Positions 59,623 through 64,000 of a DNA stretch of 64,000 nucleotides are shown here, piece by piece. A program made the position numbers and the translations under genes. The stretch comes from a virus (Duplodnaviria > Caudoviricetes): positions 32,001 through 96,000 of IMG/VR virus record IMGVR_UViG_3300009151_000001; one strand, 5' to 3'. A model generated the notes under the pieces. It was given only the letters and a program-made list of their open reading frames with translations. It did no database searches and was not told the DNA's origin. Each line of letters opens with the position of its first letter. The stretch's first letter is position 1.

Positions 59623-59738
59623 CCGGGATCTAAGGAATCGAACCTTAATCTAAGCCTTTGGAAAGACCACGTTCTCTCATATTTATTTGATCATGTAAAA
59701 CATACCAAGTAAAATGATACCAATTAAACTACACCCCG
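59623..59738 (-). tRNA. Aberrant tRNA (Trp-like) with a ~42-nt hairpin inserted in the D-loop
   Basis: CGGGGTG TA GTTT AATTGGTA [insert] GAAC; T-arm TAAGG-TTCGATT-CCTTA; irregular anticodon loop around TTCCAAA. Confidence 0.6.
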
Positions 59739-59747
59739 ATAAAAAAG

Positions 59748-59845
59748 TGGAAGGAGGAGGACTCAAACCTCCCAGTAATACTTGTAAAATCATATGATTT
59801 GCGGTCTATACATTTTACAGGATCTTACTGATCCATATTCCCCCC
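59748..59845 (-). tRNA. tRNA-like RNA with an elongated anticodon arm and a Cys-like loop CCGCAAA
   Basis: Acceptor GGGGGGA/TCCTTCC-A; D-arm GGATC/GATCC; TGTAAAAT/ATTTTACA; T-arm GGAGG-TTTGAGT-CCTCC. Confidence 0.55.
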
Positions 59846-59850
59846 ATGAG

Positions 59851-59934
59851 CAGTACACCTTGGATTCAAACCAAGAACCTCTCCTAAGCTTCGAAGCAAG
59901 TGGAGTGCCACTTTCTATTTGTAACTTGTGTACT
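59851..59934 (-). tRNA. tRNA-like RNA with a hairpin in place of the anticodon loop
   Basis: Perfect acceptor AGTACAC/GTGTACT; T-arm CTTGG-TTTGAAT-CCAAG; CTCC/GGAG enclosing ACTTGCTTCGAAGCTTA. Confidence 0.55.
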
Positions 59935-60007
59935 TATCTCTAAGTTTTTACGTACGATATTACTTAAAGTATTACAACTACCTTCCGATAGTTCTTTAAA
60001 TTTAATG

Positions 60008-60079
60008 TTTGGGAGACAGGACTCGAACCTGTGACCTACCTTAATTAAAAGATCGCATCTACCCCTGAGCTACTCCCAA
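60008..60079 (-). tRNA. Degenerate tRNA, anticodon unresolved
   Basis: TTGGGAG/CTCCCAA, TAGCTCAG, ACAGG-TTCGAGT-CCTGT; 6-nt anticodon loop and a bulged D-stem. Confidence 0.6.
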
Positions 60080-60139
60080 CACCTGTTTAAGGTACAAGTG
60101 AGCCAAACCTATTTTTTAAAATAATTTACTACCTAGACA

Positions 60140-60409
60140 CTACTGTTTTTTTAGTGATTTATATAAAATTAAACCACTAAATATTAATGTAAATAATAAA
60201 TATAACGCACCTATCTGATAGTATAATGTTAAAAACACTAAAACATGTAATAACATTAATAAAGAACACACCGCTCCTATAAAAGATACACTTTGTTTTT
60301 TAAACTCACATATACAATACGCGATTAAATCAGGGGCGCGTTTGGTAAATAATACAACAATTAAGATACATAATAGTATCACTAATGTTATAATTAATGA
60401 ATCTAACAT
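60140..60409 (-). CDS. Small membrane protein
   Basis: Three hydrophobic segments. Confidence 0.55.
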   Translation of the reverse strand: MLDSLIITLVILLCILIVVLFTKRAPDLIAYCICEFKKQSVSFIGAVCSLLMLLHVLVFLTLYYQIGALYLLFTLIFSGLILYKSLKKQ

Positions 60410-60426
60410 TTTATTTATTTTTACTT

Positions 60427-61467
60427 TTAAAAAGCAAACCCTTGGAAAGCTGAGTGATATGTTCTTGCTTTCTCAATAACATACTTTTTAGATATTTTTA
60501 TATCTTTACCATCTTTATCAGTGTCCCAATCTTCTACAATTATAGTGTCATCAGAAATAACTTCTTTAATTGTACCTAGATGTAAACCATCTACATAAAA
60601 ATCATAATCCCTACCAGTCATACGTTTTTCAAACTTTTTTGGGTCTATTTTAACATTTTGACCAATTATTTCAGGTTTCTTACCAGGTTCTAAAACAGTA
60701 ACATCAAACATATTTTCAATCTTCTTAACATTGAATACATCTAAGAAGTTAATAGGAAGTTCATCATGAATATTAACTTCTGATACTATAGCTTTCACTA
60801 TATCAACAGTTATTATTTCCAACTCAGCTATTGACTTAATAGTGTCATTTCTATGTTCTTTGTTGATTAACATATCATCAACAATCTCTGTAATGTTTTC
60901 GATAGAAAGATCTTTGAAAGTCTTTAAATAACGAATACGACCCGGGCGCTGTAACATATTACTGTTAATATACAGCTCATTAGTAGTAAGAATAAATACT
61001 TTCTTAAAACCATTATCCAATACACCATCCATTACCGTTAATACGCTGTAATCTTTTTCTGGATACACTTTTTCATATTCATCAATCATTACAACAATAT
61101 TCTGTTGTATACTATTGATAAAACTAGGAATACCTGGATAAGGTTGATGAATAATAATCACTGGAAGATTCAAATCATTACAGATTTGTTTTGATGTAAC
61201 GGTTTTACCAGTACCTTTAATTCCCGTCATTAACACACCAAGATTAGTTGACATATTGTCATACGTCTTAATTACACGATTTATAAAATTTGTTTCTATT
61301 CCATACTTTTTATACGGAAAATCAAATTTGTCTTGTATCTGTGTTAAATACAGTTCTCCTTGTGGAGTCATGTTTAACTTATATACTCCTGTAGGTAATA
61401 TATTTTCTTGTTGACTCATTTCTCTCATGAAGAAATCTCCTGAGCTTCTCATCCATTGATTGTTCAT
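60427..61467 (-). CDS. AAA+ ATPase
   Basis: GIKGTGKT, IDEYEK, LTTN, RPGRIRY. Confidence 0.9.
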   Translation of the reverse strand: MNNQWMRSSGDFFMREMSQQENILPTGVYKLNMTPQGELYLTQIQDKFDFPYKKYGIETNFINRVIKTYDNMSTNLGVLMTGIKGTGKTVTSKQICNDLNLPVIIIHQPYPGIPSFINSIQQNIVVMIDEYEKVYPEKDYSVLTVMDGVLDNGFKKVFILTTNELYINSNMLQRPGRIRYLKTFKDLSIENITEIVDDMLINKEHRNDTIKSIAELEIITVDIVKAIVSEVNIHDELPINFLDVFNVKKIENMFDVTVLEPGKKPEIIGQNVKIDPKKFEKRMTGRDYDFYVDGLHLGTIKEVISDDTIIVEDWDTDKDGKDIKISKKYVIEKARTYHSAFQGFAF

Positions 61468-61475
61468 TGTTGTTA

Positions 61476-61856
61476 CTATTTAACTGTTCTAAAATAAATG
61501 TTTTGAGGATATTCCCCATTAAAGACGTATTTTGTTACAGGACACAACCATATAACAAAACCATCAGATTCTCTTGTATAATAGGCTCCCATTTCTATAG
61601 GATGACCATATTCATTCAGTTCTTCAGCGTCCATTCCAAAACCGCTTATGATCATGTGATGTTCCCATCCTTCAAATGAGTCATCAGAAAACTCTAATGT
61701 TACATTTTTACCATCTTCTGATAGTAAATCTAATAATTCATCAGCTCCGGCTACCATTTGTAGATTACTTTTTTCAAATAAACCACTTTCAATAACACCT
61801 GGAAGATCTATAAACCATCCAGTTTCATCTTTGTAAAAACGATAAGTAAAAGTCAT
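61476..61856 (-). CDS. Hypothetical protein (DUF6717-like)
   Basis: WFIDLP, MVAGADELLD, WLCPVTKYVF..YP.NIY. Confidence 0.65.
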   Translation of the reverse strand: MTFTYRFYKDETGWFIDLPGVIESGLFEKSNLQMVAGADELLDLLSEDGKNVTLEFSDDSFEGWEHHMIISGFGMDAEELNEYGHPIEMGAYYTRESDGFVIWLCPVTKYVFNGEYPQNIYFRTVK

Positions 61857-61870
61857 AATTAAGTATTTGT

Positions 61871-62419
61871 TTACGGGAATAATTTTTTAAATATACGTTT
61901 AACATACCATGTAGTATAAAACATATAAGACACCAACCATACTAAAAAAATAATAACACCTATTATATTAAAAATAGTGTTAGCTAAATTTAAAAGATAA
62001 AAAATTAATTTAAAAGTATAAAAAGTAGTAATTGCTAAAACTATTAGTTCAAGTAATCTTTTTATAAAATAGATATACATTTTTTTCATATGTTTTATTT
62101 AAAATTCACCAATAATTATTTCTTGTTTAAAAGTTCCTTCATAAGGAGAACCATCTTTAATTTTTATAAACTGTAAAAGAATATAAAACTCAGCAAAAAT
62201 ATCATATTCTATTTTTTTACCAAGACTTTTGTCTAAAACATAACCATTACCATCATCTAGTATACTCATTATTTTTTCTCCACGAACATGTTCACTCCAT
62301 GTTTCACAATAACTTCTATGAAGTGAATATTCAACACCTTCATCTTTTTCGTTTACTTTTATTATGTATTCATTAGTGTTTTTTGAATTCTTACTACTTA
62401 CGTAATATACATTTTTCAT
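61871..62419 (-). other. Two small hypothetical ORFs (61871-62089, membrane; 62099-62419)
   Basis: Co-oriented ORFs from the track. Confidence 0.55.
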
Positions 62420-62444
62420 ATAAAATAATTTAATAATTAAAAAA

Positions 62445-62900
62445 ACGTTTATCTTGAGGATAATATTTCTAAGTGTTTAGGAAAATGTGGAGTTTCACTT
62501 ACTCATGCTTAAAAGTAAAGATTTTCAGGTACTAGTCGAAGAACCACCAAGTTAATACTATATTAGCTCTCAAGATCAAACGTATAAGATAAACTTTATG
62601 GAAGTACTGGAAAGATATGATGATATCTTTTCGGAATGCGATATTCCTAATCAGCTCTTGGCCCACTGTTTACACTTCTTTCCCCAAACGCCCAGATCAT
62701 TTGGGTTCCAGATCATAAAGTTTGTTCTGAGGAGGGGTGCCTCTTTTTAGTTTACAAGCGATATAAATCCTTATAATAGTATCAAAGAGTACACACCCCC
62801 TCAGAACGAGAATAAGTTTAGTCATACGGTGGGGACAAAATAAAATAGTTAGCAAATTAATATTTCTAGTATTATTATTTCTCTACACCCACCGTATAAC
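62445..62900 (-). ncRNA. Array of four back-to-back stem-closed structured RNA elements
   Basis: Inverted-repeat-bounded units at 62445-62583, 62591-62723, 62724-62807 and 62821-62900. Confidence 0.6.
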
Positions 62901-62905
62901 GAGAA

Positions 62906-63187
62906 TTATTTAAGAAGCTCTGTAATATGTGTTTTACCATAACCACGAGCTATTCTTTTGATATATCCTTTACTTTCCAAAATACTTAAACATCTTTTTA
63001 CTGTAGCTTGTGATACACCACACTCATTAGATATTCTAGATACACTCACTATTGTTTCATTTGTATAATTATCTACATATGTACATAAATAAGCGTAAAT
63101 AGCTTTTTCTTTTAAAGAAAGAGTTGGATCTCTGATTACAGTATTTGACACTTGTCCAAATCCATTTGTTAAACGTGAATTTGTCAT
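62906..63187 (-). CDS. Winged HTH DNA-binding protein (HTH_36-like)
   Basis: LSLKEKAIYAYL...SVSRISNECGVSQATVKRCLSILESKGYI. Confidence 0.85.
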   Translation of the reverse strand: MTNSRLTNGFGQVSNTVIRDPTLSLKEKAIYAYLCTYVDNYTNETIVSVSRISNECGVSQATVKRCLSILESKGYIKRIARGYGKTHITELLK

Positions 63188-63193
63188 ACAAGT

Positions 63194-63844
63194 TTATAAT
63201 TCTGGATCTTGGTAAGCTGTTTTTATTATATCATTAAGAAAAGTATCTTCTGGTAACATTTGTCCTGTTACTATCTTATAATAAGTAGGAAAATGATAGT
63301 TTGCTTTCTTTACAGCTGGGATACAAACATCCACTATAAAATCAATATTACCAAATTTTTTATTCTCAAAATCAATATATGATTCTTCTTCATTTTTTTC
63401 ATCTGAGTTAAAACTTTTTGTAAACTTAGTAATACTTTTTTTAAGTTTATAAAGTTCTTTCCCTTTTTTAACATCATTTATCATTTCTTCAGATACATTT
63501 TCAAGATCTACTTCTTTTAAAACATACTGTAACATAGCGTCTTTAGCTATCTCATGAACCTTTAAAAAATTAAGTAGTCCCCATTCATAATCTGCTTCAG
63601 TTTGTGTTAATAAGAAAAACTTCTTCATATCACCTGTAAGCGTTATTAATTCTAGTGGTGCCTCATCATTATTCATAGGTATTGATAATCCATGAATATC
63701 AAATATCCGTAGAGTATTACTAAAATGACTAAATAAGATCATATGTCTTACTCTCATACAATCTAATCGACTTATTCCAAAACTTTCGTTGAAATATTCT
63801 TTACTGTGATCTACAGTACATGTAGCAAAATAACCTTTTGTCAT
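63194..63844 (-). CDS. Hypothetical protein
   Basis: 216-aa ORF co-oriented with its neighbours. Confidence 0.6.
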   Translation of the reverse strand: MTKGYFATCTVDHSKEYFNESFGISRLDCMRVRHMILFSHFSNTLRIFDIHGLSIPMNNDEAPLELITLTGDMKKFFLLTQTEADYEWGLLNFLKVHEIAKDAMLQYVLKEVDLENVSEEMINDVKKGKELYKLKKSITKFTKSFNSDEKNEEESYIDFENKKFGNIDFIVDVCIPAVKKANYHFPTYYKIVTGQMLPEDTFLNDIIKTAYQDPEL

Positions 63845-63874
63845 AACTTTTAATATTATTTTAAATTGTGAAAG

Positions 63875-63904
63875 AAAAAAATAATAGGTTTAACCCACCT
63901 ATTG
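63875..63904 (-). terminator. Intrinsic terminator
   Basis: AATAGGT-GGGTTAA-ACCTATT-A followed by T7. Confidence 0.65.
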
Positions 63905-64000
63905 TAGAAAGTAAACTTCAGGGAATATCTTTACATCTTTAAGCCATGATTCATGACGCCTTACATAGACACTGGGTAGCATCTAGACACTCCGTATCTC

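Noticed and set aside
59748-59986. Larger tmRNA-like envelope (GGAAGG/CCTTCC plus GTAATACTT/AAGTATTAC) nesting the 59851-59934 element
   Set aside because: GGAAGG is better explained by the local hairpin AACTATC-GGAA-GGTAGTT, and a nearer acceptor strand exists at 59845; a possible alternative fold but unsupported
60008-60079. Ochre suppressor tRNA or stop-codon reassignment
   Set aside because: The anticodon cannot be placed in a 7-nt loop, and ORFs over 2000 aa are intact under the standard code with TAA stops
62420-62905. CRISPR array
   Set aside because: No direct repeats; the units are defined by unrelated inverted repeats
63905-64000. Possible structured RNA or gene end at the window edge
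   Set aside because: Truncated by the window; too little sequence to call

Overview
This AT-rich window is part of a large dsDNA tailed phage of the crAss-like (Crassvirales-type) group. The host is probably Bacteroidota, judged from TTTG-N19-TAnnTTTG promoters. Positions 1-26 kb (+) encode giant virion cargo proteins: one with a zincin domain, a single-chain virion RNA polymerase with a DFDID motif, and one with a PD-(D/E)XK domain. Positions 26-40.7 kb (-) are the replication and nucleotide block: dCTP deaminase, dNMP kinase, PolB, exonuclease, primase, AAA_24 ATPase and DnaB. Positions 40.8-44.2 kb (+) form a lysis cassette with a GH108 endolysin. Positions 44.2-64 kb (-) hold a VWA/MoxR pair, UDG, an SF2 helicase, a phosphoesterase, many small ORFs and several RNA genes. 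Features the ORF track misses: (1) three group I introns that restore three ATPase genes, one carrying two different homing endonucleases; (2) an HNH endonuclease inserted in frame into another protein with no visible splicing element; (3) a tmRNA with a 27-aa tag, preceded by four aberrant tRNA-like RNAs; (4) a back-to-back array of four stem-closed ncRNA-like elements; (5) head-to-tail terminal cysteines in three consecutive giant virion proteins. All calls come from reading motifs and base pairing by eye; no searches or folding programs were run.
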